From an uncultured Desulfarculus sp. (lineage in GTDB: Bacteria; Desulfobacterota; Desulfarculia; Desulfarculales; Desulfarculaceae), in NCBI GenBank assembly GCA_963665125.2, contig CAXXUK010000001.1, positions 3,328,001-3,392,000 of the forward strand: a DNA stretch of 64,000 nucleotides. Reading direction: 5' to 3'. Every line of letters begins with the position of its first letter. The stretch's first letter is position 1. The translations under genes were made by a program, and so were the position numbers. Shown here one piece after another: positions 1 to 9,050 of the stretch. Under the pieces are notes generated by a model, which saw nothing but the letters and a program-made list of their open reading frames with translations, was not told where the DNA came from and ran no database searches.

Positions 1-2
1 TG

Positions 3-836
3 TGCTACAAACCGATCTTTGCTTCCGGCGCTTCTACAGTAGCCCCTATCTTCCATATATTGAATCAGATTGGTGGAACTCTGATCTTAGATGAAGGTGA
101 CTTCCGTTTTAGTGATGAGAAAGCCGATATTGCAAAGATACTAAACAATGGCAATGCCAAAGGTTTCCCAGTACTTAGATGTGAAAAAATAAATCATCGA
201 GAATTTTCACCCGTAGCCTATGAGGTGTTCGGTCCTAAGATTGTAAGTTCCAGAAACGATTATGCAGACAAGGCCTTGGAAAGTCGATTCATCTGTGAGG
301 ACATGGGCCTAAGGCGAGTTAGGCGGAATATCCCTATTACTCTCCCTCAATCTTTTCACAAAGAAGCACTAGAACTGCGAAACCGACTTTTGCTTTGGAG
401 GCTTAAAAATTATAGAAAAATCCAACATACTGAAGACTATATAAACAAAGCAATTAGTCTGCGTCTTAATCAAATATATGCCCCCTTGCTCTCTTTGGTG
501 AGCAACGATGAAGATCAAAATATAATCATCACATTTGCTCAAGCACAACATAAGCAGAACAAAGTAGATGCCGGTCATGACATAGAGGTTCATATGCTCT
601 TGGTAATAAAAGAAATCCAAGAAAAAATGAAAGAGCCAATTTCTATATCAGAAATTACTAAATTGTTTATTAAAAATTATGAAATGGAATATGACCGGAA
701 AATATCTCATCGTTTCATTGGTGGCATTGTTAGAAAAAAGCTAAGGCTAAGAACTCGAAAATGCAATGGTAAATATATTATATCTGAAAATCAAAAAGAT
801 AAGCTTAAACACCTATACGACAAGTACGACATCTGA
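3..836 (+). CDS. AAA+/P-loop ATPase C-terminal part, putative replication (primase/helicase-associated) protein; 5'-truncated by window edge
   Basis: Frame is open from position 3 (CYKPIFASGAST...); Walker B-like LILDE, Arg-finger-like ALESR, basic C-terminal region resembling a winged helix. Confidence 0.6.
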   Translation, partial: CYKPIFASGASTVAPIFHILNQIGGTLILDEGDFRFSDEKADIAKILNNGNAKGFPVLRCEKINHREFSPVAYEVFGPKIVSSRNDYADKALESRFICEDMGLRRVRRNIPITLPQSFHKEALELRNRLLLWRLKNYRKIQHTEDYINKAISLRLNQIYAPLLSLVSNDEDQNIIITFAQAQHKQNKVDAGHDIEVHMLLVIKEIQEKMKEPISISEITKLFIKNYEMEYDRKISHRFIGGIVRKKLRLRTRKCNGKYIISENQKDKLKHLYDKYDI

Positions 837-840
837 TCAC

Positions 841-962
841 TGGACGTGGGGACATGGGGACTTTGGTACCGGTTTGAACAATCAGATAACTAAAATTACA
901 TGTTTTGTTAAATTAAAATTAATTTATGTTCTGTATAATAGTCCCCGAAGTCCCCAAGTCCA
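841..962. repeat. Inverted GGGGAC iteron-like repeats flanking an AT-rich core; candidate replication origin
   Basis: TGGACGTGGGGACATGGGGACT (841-862) versus AGTCCCCGAAGTCCCCAAGTCCA (940-962; reverse complement TGGACTTGGGGACTTCGGGGACT), with an AT-rich spacer. Confidence 0.65.
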
Positions 963-1047
963 AAAATATTGCTGCCCACGCAAAATTCCCATCCTACGAA
1001 TAATAATCTTTTTAATTATTATTAATATGTAATTACTAAAAAATAAT

Positions 1048-1395
1048 ATGGAGGGAACTAAAATATTTTCATATTTTAAGACATATCGTCTTAAAGCAGG
1101 ACTAACTCAAAAAGATCTAACCTACTTATTAGATATAACTTCAGCGTCAACAATTTCCAAAACAGAAAAGAATATTCAAGAGCCAACATTGAAGATTGCT
1201 CTCGCATACTGTCTTATATTTGAAATTAAGATTGAAGACATTATGCCAACTCTGTCTCGTGATATTACTAAAATAATTTTTAAACGCGCTCCTCTTTTGG
1301 TTAAGGAGTTAAAAACGCAATCCCAATCACCATTGGTGAAACAAAGGATTGCTTTTTTAAATTCTTTGTATGTTAACCGAAAGAAGAAGCGCTAA
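1048..1395 (+). CDS. XRE-family helix-turn-helix regulator
   Basis: RLKAGLTQKDLTYLLDITSASTISKTEKNIQEP pattern. Confidence 0.8.
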   Translation: MEGTKIFSYFKTYRLKAGLTQKDLTYLLDITSASTISKTEKNIQEPTLKIALAYCLIFEIKIEDIMPTLSRDITKIIFKRAPLLVKELKTQSQSPLVKQRIAFLNSLYVNRKKKR

Positions 1396-1400
1396 AACCT

Positions 1401-1910
1401 ATGTATTATAAAAAACAAAAAATGTCGTATGAACTATTGCTAGCCATTGATTTTATGCCACGTGGTTTTGCATTCGCTTTGTTTGAAAAACCAGACTCAT
1501 TGATTGACTGGGGGTTGACGGACATACGAATTAATGTGTCGAAAAGAAGTTTTCAGCGCATAAGACAATTAATTGAATTCTACCGCCCTAGCAGAATCGT
1601 TCTGGAAGATGTCAAGAAAAGCTCTGCTCATCGAAGCAAGAATCTAAAACAGTTGTCTGAGGAAATCAAACTACTAGCTAGAAACAAGGAAATTCAGGTC
1701 ACCAGCTACTCAGCTAAAACAATTCAAGAAGTATTCAGCAAATTCAAATGTCAAAACAAACACGAGAGAGCCAAAGCTATTTGTGAATGGCTTCCTCAGT
1801 TATCCTCGCGCATACCTCCCAAAAGAGCCATATGGATGAGTGAAGACCCAAGGATAAATCTGTTTGATGCCGTCTCGTTGGCTCTTACTCATTATTACCT
1901 CGAAAACTAA
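1401..1910 (+). CDS. RuvC/RNase H-like fold protein (putative nuclease/resolvase)
   Basis: LLAIDF..RGFAFA (strand-1 Asp), IVLE (Glu) and C-terminal FDAVSLAL (Asp) match the RuvC-type acidic layout. Confidence 0.6.
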   Translation: MYYKKQKMSYELLLAIDFMPRGFAFALFEKPDSLIDWGLTDIRINVSKRSFQRIRQLIEFYRPSRIVLEDVKKSSAHRSKNLKQLSEEIKLLARNKEIQVTSYSAKTIQEVFSKFKCQNKHERAKAICEWLPQLSSRIPPKRAIWMSEDPRINLFDAVSLALTHYYLEN

Positions 1911-1954
1911 AAAAATCAGTTCTTTTATAAACTCAATAAACTAGGAGGAGGAAA

Positions 1955-2278
1955 ATGTGGAATTTTCCGCATAGCAGTGTCTTGTCTCAAATACCGAAGT
2001 TGTACAAGACAGAGAATGTTTCCCTACAAGACAAAATAATTCATCTTCACTTCTTCATAGGAAGTTGTGACTGGTATATTGCCGAATATGACGGCCAGGA
2101 CATCATGTGGGGATTTGCCATCTTAGGAGGAGATACTGTGAATGCCGAATGGGGATACATATCTTTCAATGAACTAAAAGAGATAAACATCAACGGCATA
2201 GAAGTAGATTATGAAATCTACTGGCAACCCAAAAAGGCCTGTGAGATCGACAAAATACAGCAATGTAGCGGATTCTAA
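1955..2278 (+). CDS. DUF2958-like protein
   Basis: IPKLY..E, FF..SCDWYIAEYD and AEWGYISFNEL motifs; GGAGG RBS. Confidence 0.75.
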   Translation: MWNFPHSSVLSQIPKLYKTENVSLQDKIIHLHFFIGSCDWYIAEYDGQDIMWGFAILGGDTVNAEWGYISFNELKEININGIEVDYEIYWQPKKACEIDKIQQCSGF

Positions 2279-2302
2279 AGCAATTTTGCTTAAGCCTCAA
2301 AC

Positions 2303-2330
2303 AAAACCAAGGTTAACGTACCTTGGTTTT
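2303..2330. terminator. Intrinsic (possibly bidirectional) terminator
   Basis: AAAACCAAGGT-TAACGT-ACCTTGGTTTT perfect 11-bp stem. Confidence 0.6.
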
Positions 2331-2393
2331 ACTATTAGATCTTCTATTTTTTCCCCTTCTACTAATGTCCCAGTAAGTAGGGATAATTGATTT

Positions 2394-3578
2394 ATGAGCT
2401 CAAACATATTAATCATAGGCAAAACAAATTTTAGACGAAGTAATCAAGTCTTCGGTATCAAAGAGGCTGATCGTCTTTTGCATATATACTTAATTGGAAA
2501 AACTGGCGTAGGGAAAACCACCCTCATTGAAAACTTCATTACTCAGGATATTGAGAATGATCGAGGATTGATATTCTTTGATCCTCACGGGGACTGTGTT
2601 GAACGACTCTATCAGAAATTTAAAAATAGAAAGAGTCACAACATAATATATTTTAATGTGCCTGACAATTTAGAAGGGATCGGATACAATCCAATTCGTA
2701 GAATTCCCAAAAAGAACCGTCCAATGGCAGCCTTGGGTATATTAGAGGTATTTAAGAAACAATGGGACGATTCTTGGGGAGTGCGAATGGAACATATATT
2801 CCGTAACGCTCTCATGACTCTCTTTGATCAGCCAAAAGCAAACTTAGCTGATATTCTAAGACTTCTCAATAATGAAAGTTATAGGAGAAGGGCTTTGCAA
2901 TATGTTGAGAGCCCTAGAATCAAGGATTTTTGGCTGAAAGAATATGCCAAATATTCTTATAGGTTTAGGGCAGATTCCATTGCTCCAATTCAAAATAAAG
3001 TGGGGGCCTTCATCGCTAATCCTATAATTTACCAAATACTAACTGAGGAGAGGGTAAATTTAAGCTTTCGGAAGGCTATGGATGAGGGTCAAGTGATTCT
3101 AGTTAATTTGTCTAAAGGGAAATTGGGTGAAGATGCATCTTCCCTCCTAGGTGCTCTCTTAATGACCTCAGTAGGCTTGGCCGCCTTTAGCAGAGCTAAT
3201 ACCATAGAAGAAAAGCGAAGAAGCTTTACGCTCTATGCTGATGAGTTTCAGAATTTCACCACGCTGTCTTTGGTCAATATGGCTTCTGAACTTAGGAAAT
3301 ATCATGTTGGTCTGGTACTAGCTAATCAATACCTTTATCAATTGGAAAGGGAAATTAAAGAATCAGTATTAGGAAATGTAGGAACAATGATTGCTTTTCG
3401 CATGGGAACACCTGATGCAGTATACCTTGAAAAAGAGTTTCAACCTGTCTTTGATAGATATGATCTCTTGAATTTACCTAACCATCATATTTTATTAAAA
3501 TTGATGATTGATGGGAGACCTACAAATGCTTTTAGCGCTTCAACGTTGCCGCCCGGTAACTTATTGTCTAATCATTAG
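2394..3578 (+). CDS. TraD/VirD4/HerA-like DNA-translocase ATPase, no transmembrane anchor evident
   Basis: Walker A GKTGVGKT, DPHGD, Walker B LYADEFQ, ELRKY..ANQ and GNVGT motifs. Confidence 0.85.
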   Translation: MSSNILIIGKTNFRRSNQVFGIKEADRLLHIYLIGKTGVGKTTLIENFITQDIENDRGLIFFDPHGDCVERLYQKFKNRKSHNIIYFNVPDNLEGIGYNPIRRIPKKNRPMAALGILEVFKKQWDDSWGVRMEHIFRNALMTLFDQPKANLADILRLLNNESYRRRALQYVESPRIKDFWLKEYAKYSYRFRADSIAPIQNKVGAFIANPIIYQILTEERVNLSFRKAMDEGQVILVNLSKGKLGEDASSLLGALLMTSVGLAAFSRANTIEEKRRSFTLYADEFQNFTTLSLVNMASELRKYHVGLVLANQYLYQLEREIKESVLGNVGTMIAFRMGTPDAVYLEKEFQPVFDRYDLLNLPNHHILLKLMIDGRPTNAFSASTLPPGNLLSNH

Positions 3579-3759
3579 CTCCCACTTGTAACGCGGTATT
3601 ATTAAAATTAGATCAGTCGGAGTTGCCTCATTACGTATGGAGCAGATTATCGCCTGGATCGGGCGATAGCCGGAAGTAACATCACTTAAAATGACGAAGA
3701 TTGCGGGCATACATTAGCTGTCTGCTGGTCGGTTCCGTTTTTACCGCTTCTTTCTCATG

Positions 3760-4269
3760 TTATAACGGCCTTTTGTTATTAACATCATTCCAAAGCCTGT
3801 ACCCGGCTCTATCAACCCTCACCAAACCCTTACCATCAATTATACCTACCCACGAATTTGCAACATATTTAGCCCCGACTATCACCACCACCATGAAGTC
3901 AAGATGACATATATTTAATTTAAGGGCTTTCTTTGATTCACTTATATCAATCCAGGAAGGCTTGGGATTCTCCTCAAAGTGTGTGTGCCATTCTCCAACC
4001 AGAACAGTTTTACCATTACTTGCGCGCCATATCCGGTCAAGAAGTAACTGGCCCCTCTCCCTGGACCTCTTAAAAAAACGAGGTTTTTTTGTGTCATCGG
4101 GGCCTGGTGGTGTGGCCACGCAAATCACCAGTTGATCGCCAAATAACTGTCCAAACAAGTAACCACCCGATTCTGGCTGGTCTGATGTAATTTGCCTTGA
4201 ACGCTCAAACATCTTTACTGTGTTGGGCGTGAAAAGAATCGTACCCCGCTGTGGATTTTCATAAAGCAT
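3760..4269 (-). CDS. cap3: CBASS Cap3 JAB/MPN isopeptidase
   Basis: ESGGYLFG and VGEWHTHxxxxPxPSxxD JAMM motif; last gene of the CD-NTase operon. Confidence 0.9.
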   Translation of the reverse strand: MLYENPQRGTILFTPNTVKMFERSRQITSDQPESGGYLFGQLFGDQLVICVATPPGPDDTKKPRFFKRSRERGQLLLDRIWRASNGKTVLVGEWHTHFEENPKPSWIDISESKKALKLNICHLDFMVVVIVGAKYVANSWVGIIDGKGLVRVDRAGYRLWNDVNNKRPL

Positions 4270-4275
4270 TGAGTA

Positions 4276-6072
4276 TTACCTTTTACAGGCAGGGCAGCTG
4301 GAGTGTCTCGGAAATCCGCTTTTTATAAGTTCATCTCCTACATTGTCATTGTATAGATCAGATATGTCCAGGCCATGATTCCTTGCCGTCTTCAGATCAC
4401 CTAACTGATGCCATCTAGAACTAACACCTATATCACCATGAAGGTAAGCTAGGGCTAACCGAGCGGCTACAATTGCTGCTTGATCCGCAACTAGGGCCGA
4501 GTACGGTTGGAAGGTGGCTTGGCATCCCTCTTCACGTGTTAAGACCTCGCTGGCGAGTCTGGTATCTACAGCATATCTGAAAAGGATGCCTTGCTTTTCT
4601 TCTAATTTAAAAGCGCAACGCAGGCAGCCTCCCTTGCCCGGAACAGTCAAAATCGCATGCGAAGCTATACCACGTGCTTCAGTCCAGGTGTAAATTGCCG
4701 ATCGTGGTTCTTGACCATTAGTGAGAAGATCATTCAGCCTTAACTCAAGATTTTTGTCTCCCGTTGCTGCTACCACCAAATCATTTTTTATGATTAAGTC
4801 GGGACGCGCTGCCATTACTTTATATAAATCATCATGATAAGACTCAACTACCAAATGCGGCGATTGGCATTTTAGTAAGGCAGCTAAATTAACTGCTTTG
4901 CTGCCTCCTAATATAGGTGCTGGCAAAATGTGCCTAGCCATATTTTCAATATGATATTCATCATTATCCACCAGAATAAGTTTTCCTACACCTCCGAGTG
5001 CCAACAAGTTTGCTATCCGACAACCAATTGATCCACAACCAACAACAAGCACCGATTTTTCGAACACCTCGGCACTTCTTTCCAAGCCAATTCTGGCATG
5101 TAATCTGATAGGGTCAGCTCGCGTTATCCCTGCTCTTATAACCGGTTCATTTGGAAAGCATTTGGTTAGTAGTATTTTCCCTGTCACTTTGTTATCCCTG
5201 AAGCCAGGGCAAATAGCTTTGTTCCCTCTTTTACCTTTAGGCCTTGAGTGTATCCATCCCCCAAAGGCGTAATGCGTACCAACGGGGATCGAAAACAAAA
5301 CGTAATTAAACAACCTATCTTTGTGCTCCGTCAAAAAGTCGCAAAGCGCTTTCAAGGCATCGGGGTCTACCTTACTCAATAGCGTATAAATCTCCTTGGA
5401 TTTGGTCGGGAAGGGTGGCCTGAATGCTGCTTTCAGTGGCAAGTAAATATTCTCATAATATTGTGCCTTATCATTGCCTAAGCTAGCGTTCGCTAGCCAC
5501 TGTCGGCATTGTTCTTTACTCTCACCAAATATGCTATTCGCTCCGTCACACTTCTTGTCTAATGCTAACCTTGATACAGACCGGGGTTTACCTCCTGGCG
5601 TAATTAAGCTGATCCACTTTTGGGTATCGTAATCTCCCCAATACGCTTCAAATTCTTGCTCAAAGTCACTTTTATTAGTGCCGATTAATCCGGCGACTAT
5701 GGTCTCTTCGACCAATCTCAGAGCATCCTTGATTATTTGAATCGGCCTGTCGGGGATGGGGAACACTTCTTGCGAATTGGCGTAACAAAGATGGTTCTCG
5801 CGTGTTGACGTCAAATGAGGAATCACCACTCTTGGATCGACCAAATAGAAATTGGGCAGTTTATCCGGAAAAGCTACCGGCAGGGCAACTACTATTTTCA
5901 CCCTTTCCCCGCCGCATACTATTTGCCCTTTCCAGGCAGCAGTATTGATAAATTGTTCTGGTATTTCTCCTTCTAACAAACGGGTAAATCCACCGTCAGG
6001 TAATGATTCGAGGTATAGCCCAGCTTGCTCTCGTGCGCTTTCCCTGAGGGTTTTCAGGGACCATTCAGGCAC
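4276..6072 (-). CDS. cap2: CBASS Cap2 E2-E1 (ThiF) fusion
   Basis: N-terminal E2-like PHL...HLCY; ThiF VVGCGSIG and N..RH; Zn motifs CLRC and CPAC; EGC candidate catalytic Cys. Confidence 0.9.
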   Translation of the reverse strand: MPEWSLKTLRESAREQAGLYLESLPDGGFTRLLEGEIPEQFINTAAWKGQIVCGGERVKIVVALPVAFPDKLPNFYLVDPRVVIPHLTSTRENHLCYANSQEVFPIPDRPIQIIKDALRLVEETIVAGLIGTNKSDFEQEFEAYWGDYDTQKWISLITPGGKPRSVSRLALDKKCDGANSIFGESKEQCRQWLANASLGNDKAQYYENIYLPLKAAFRPPFPTKSKEIYTLLSKVDPDALKALCDFLTEHKDRLFNYVLFSIPVGTHYAFGGWIHSRPKGKRGNKAICPGFRDNKVTGKILLTKCFPNEPVIRAGITRADPIRLHARIGLERSAEVFEKSVLVVGCGSIGCRIANLLALGGVGKLILVDNDEYHIENMARHILPAPILGGSKAVNLAALLKCQSPHLVVESYHDDLYKVMAARPDLIIKNDLVVAATGDKNLELRLNDLLTNGQEPRSAIYTWTEARGIASHAILTVPGKGGCLRCAFKLEEKQGILFRYAVDTRLASEVLTREEGCQATFQPYSALVADQAAIVAARLALAYLHGDIGVSSRWHQLGDLKTARNHGLDISDLYNDNVGDELIKSGFPRHSSCPACKR

Positions 6073-7048
6073 TACCTGTGCTCACACCGACGATACCGGG
6101 AGCTTGGTGCGTCTTGGAGCTTTGGCCCTTACCGTCCTCGTCTTTAATCACCGGAAACCTTTCACCGAGTTGTTTTTGCCAATATTTTGCCGCCTCTTCT
6201 GCGCTTTCGTGTTCCAGGGCGGTTTCGGCATCCTGGACAAACTTTATCAACTTGGCCATGAAATTATCAAATTGTGGATCACTAATTCGTTTCCTCAAAT
6301 CTTCTGTATGATCCTTTGGGTTCCTAATGCTCTGATCGAATTTCAATCTTTCATAAATTGTCGATACGGTTTCGGCAAAAGCTTCATCATCCCTATCAGA
6401 GGGTTGAAACTCTTCAGTGGCTAATATTGTCAGGACAATGCCCGCTGGCATATTGTAAGAACTGCTTTGTCCTATGTAGTCCGACCAAGCCTTAAAATAC
6501 CGCACCACTCTACGTAAAAGGGCTCCTTTGCTGGCAACTTCACCTTCAAACCAGTCACTTAAGGCACGAGGGTCACTAAATTTCCAGCCATCGTTTTTTA
6601 TTGCCAACTCCGGCCGCCTGTTGGGGTCCTTCCCGGTGAGGTAATAGATAGGAAAGTCCACATGATATCCCGCCTTGAATGGCACCCGGACACAACGTTT
6701 TTTGTCTTTAGCAGGATCAACCTGCTTATAGCTATCCGCCGCCTCTTTCACCCACGCGTGGACGGTTTCTGGTGACTGCCGCGATTCCTCGTCAAGCGGT
6801 GGGTCGAAATAAATACCGTCATCAATGTCGTAGTCGCTGTTTAAGGGGTTTACGGTTGTGCCGTTATGGAATGAACCTTGAATTTTGAACTTTATTTTAG
6901 GGCGATTTTTCTCTTCGAACTTTGTTCTAATGTGGCTTCTAAGATTATCACGGCTTCTGATGAGATCATCACGTTTAGACTTTGCGAGCAAGATTTTACC
7001 ATGAAAAGCATTGCTGGCGGTAAAAAAGTTTTTCTGGCAGTTAGCCAT
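6065..7048 (-). CDS. CBASS cGAS/DncV-like nucleotidyltransferase (CD-NTase)
   Basis: QGSF...DYDIDDG catalytic motif, YHVDFPIY, SDP; flexible tail ending GSA. Confidence 0.92.
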   Translation of the reverse strand: MANCQKNFFTASNAFHGKILLAKSKRDDLIRSRDNLRSHIRTKFEEKNRPKIKFKIQGSFHNGTTVNPLNSDYDIDDGIYFDPPLDEESRQSPETVHAWVKEAADSYKQVDPAKDKKRCVRVPFKAGYHVDFPIYYLTGKDPNRRPELAIKNDGWKFSDPRALSDWFEGEVASKGALLRRVVRYFKAWSDYIGQSSSYNMPAGIVLTILATEEFQPSDRDDEAFAETVSTIYERLKFDQSIRNPKDHTEDLRKRISDPQFDNFMAKLIKFVQDAETALEHESAEEAAKYWQKQLGERFPVIKDEDGKGQSSKTHQAPGIVGVSTGSA

Positions 7049-8063
7049 GCTTGTCCTCCATAAGACCTAAGAAGTGTTGCAAAAAAACTGCCCCATTTGA
7101 TCCAGGAGACATATGGGTTTCCGCATCCTTTACCGCTAGAGATTTGAGAAGCTTCAAGCTATCTGTGCCGGCTTTGTCCAAACCGATAAGCTTTTTTTGG
7201 CTAGCTGACAGGTTCTGATGCTCTATCCTTAAGTACATACCACCATTCAGCTCAAGCAGCAGTTTGGCTATGTTGTGAGCCCCTTCTGCTTGAAAGGTAA
7301 GGGGCAGAGTAACTAGCTTTAGATTCCAGTCAAGTAGGCCTCTTCTCTTACGCTTTACTCTGGCTTCGCCAACCGGCTCAGGTATGTTTCCCAACGAGAA
7401 AAGAGCGATGTTATCTAAGGAAATACCATCATGTTTAGCTTTCAGGTAGCTCAACGCTTCTGTTATGGCCACTAGAGAAGGGTTATTGCCCCATAATCCT
7501 CCATCAACATAATATTCGGCACCACTGGCTGTCTCCAACTCTGCTACTGGTAAAAAGTACGGTGCAGCTGAAGTTGCCAAAGCGACCTGCCATACAAAAT
7601 AATGTTGGTCTCTATAGAAGCTTTCATGGTGGGGAGTTTTAAAAACGCGGTTGGAACCGGTTATAAGATTGGAGGTCGGGATACAAATAGATAGGTTGGG
7701 ATAGCCTCCAGAGCTTAGGTCGCCCATTTTAATTTCACCGAAGAACTGCTTGCAGGCTGAGACCAGAGCTTTATTATCGTAGACAGAACTGACCAAACCT
7801 CGGCCAAAAATCCTAATGCTTTTTATCAATTTATTGTGCGGTTTGAATATGTTAGGCCCATGGATATCAAAAAATTCCATTATCTCCGCTGGTCTTTTCC
7901 CGCATGCCAGCCCTAAGGCAATTATGCCGCCTATTGAGGTGCCGGAGATGATATCAACCTTTTCGGAAATAGACGCACCGAATTTATTTTCGAGCTGATC
8001 CAGCACAGCAGCGGCGTAAAGCCCTTTTGCTCCTCCACCGTCAATACTGAGAATTTTTACCAT
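7041..8063 (-). CDS. CBASS patatin-like phospholipase effector (CapV-like)
   Basis: DGGGAKG, GTSIG (GxSxG), SAAP and DGG motifs; overlaps the CD-NTase start by 8 nt. Confidence 0.9.
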   Translation of the reverse strand: MVKILSIDGGGAKGLYAAAVLDQLENKFGASISEKVDIISGTSIGGIIALGLACGKRPAEIMEFFDIHGPNIFKPHNKLIKSIRIFGRGLVSSVYDNKALVSACKQFFGEIKMGDLSSGGYPNLSICIPTSNLITGSNRVFKTPHHESFYRDQHYFVWQVALATSAAPYFLPVAELETASGAEYYVDGGLWGNNPSLVAITEALSYLKAKHDGISLDNIALFSLGNIPEPVGEARVKRKRRGLLDWNLKLVTLPLTFQAEGAHNIAKLLLELNGGMYLRIEHQNLSASQKKLIGLDKAGTDSLKLLKSLAVKDAETHMSPGSNGAVFLQHFLGLMEDKHG

Positions 8064-8438
8064 GCTACTCCTATGGCTGGTTCATTCCCTTTTTGAAAAA
8101 CCCTCTAATCGCTAATCCATAAGCATCAACACTAGTTTTGTCAAGCACAAGGAGCATAATTTATAGTATATTTGATAGTGGTTACTTATTATATATTGTG
8201 AGCACCCTAACAACCATTGGTATTTTTATGTTTTATTTACATCCTTGACTTCCGTTGGCGTGAATGGGTTACGGGCCTGAGTGCTCGATGCACATGCTCT
8301 AGATTGCGTGGGGCGGAACGGGGTTCCCTGTTTGTTACAGCAATACTCCCCGGCCGAAGCAACTAGGTAGGAGTCGGTACGGACGTTTACACATTTAAGA
8401 GGGAAAACAAGCCTCGATTTGGGCCGCAACGCGAAACC

Positions 8439-8858
8439 TCAACTTTTCATCAATGCTGCAACCTTCTTTTTGAAATACGCCGTTGGCCCGTTTTTCAATT
8501 GCCGGGCCAAGGTCCCCGGATCAACGCCCAGCTCCTGGGCAAACTGCTCCTGTGTAAGACCTTGATATATTCGGTGGCATTCGAGTATTTGCTCCCAAGA
8601 CTTGTTAGGCTTCCAAGGACAATAGTCCAAGAATTTCATGATGCCCGGATAATACCTGACTGTCGGTTCCATTCGGTTTGCTTCCCAATTCCAGACGGTA
8701 TTCTCCGATACCTGGATAAGGCGGGCCACATCCTTCTGCTCAAGTCGTGAGTCTAACCGCTTTTGCCTGATATGATCGCCTATGGTGATTATCTCTTTGG
8801 GATAACAAGATAATTTAGGACGCTGAGCTAATTTGATGATGGGATGACAACATGGCAA
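8439..8858 (-). CDS. Tandem XRE-HTH transcriptional regulator
   Basis: Two HTH units: IRQKRLDSRLEQKDVARLIQVSENTVWNWE and GLTQEQFAQELGVDPGTL; TTG start uncertain. Confidence 0.75.
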   Translation of the reverse strand: MPCCHPIIKLAQRPKLSCYPKEIITIGDHIRQKRLDSRLEQKDVARLIQVSENTVWNWEANRMEPTVRYYPGIMKFLDYCPWKPNKSWEQILECHRIYQGLTQEQFAQELGVDPGTLARQLKNGPTAYFKKKVAALMKS

Positions 8859-8910
8859 CGCAACGGTGGATGCGCAGCTATACTATTATCCCAAAAACGC
8901 AGGCATCACA

Positions 8911-8931
8911 GGTGGCTCACGAAGGGCCACC
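8911..8931. terminator. GC-rich hairpin downstream of comM, possible terminator
   Basis: GGTGGCTC-ACGAA-GGGCCACC stem; no adjacent U-run. Confidence 0.3.
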
Positions 8932-9050
8932 CTCTAACCGCTAGGACCTTTGATATAAGCTGGCTGAGTTGCCCGGCCTGAAGCTGCTGGCGGGATATAA
9001 CGTACACCGCTGGTTTCCAGGCTGATTATCCGGATCGTTCGATATGGTCG

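Larger units (their letters stand above)
1..8900. mobile_element. Right part of an integrated low-GC genomic island (replication/mobilisation-like core plus CBASS cargo) adjacent to the 3' end of comM; left end outside window, right boundary approximate
   Basis: Visibly AT-rich compared with most of the window; carries replication-like ATPase, HTH, RuvC-like, coupling-protein-like and defence genes; no integrase or att repeat visible in window. Confidence 0.75.

Noticed and set aside
766..1032. 88-aa ORF
   Set aside because: Overlaps the upstream gene and the origin-like repeat; no recognisable features
3648..3668. Hairpin TATCGCCTG-GAT-CGGGCGATA as possible oriT
   Set aside because: No recognisable nic motif; more simply a terminator between convergent units
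3676..3766. attC-like site overlapping the cap3 stop (minus strand TAAC-N9-AAGC ... GTTA), which would make CBASS an integron cassette
   Set aside because: The distal half does not pair with the proximal half, the centre is not self-complementary, the upstream GTTAGGG near 8205-8211 does not match the inverse core, and there is no integrase in view; IntegronFinder would settle it
8149..8176. dif-like sequence AAGGAGCATAA-TTTATA-GTATATTTGAT
   Set aside because: Four mismatches in the normally well-conserved XerD arm, in AT-rich DNA; likely chance
8226..9050. Possible tRNA, ncRNA or att site in the gaps around the tandem-HTH gene
   Set aside because: No cloverleaf, riboswitch motif or repeat partner recognisable within the window
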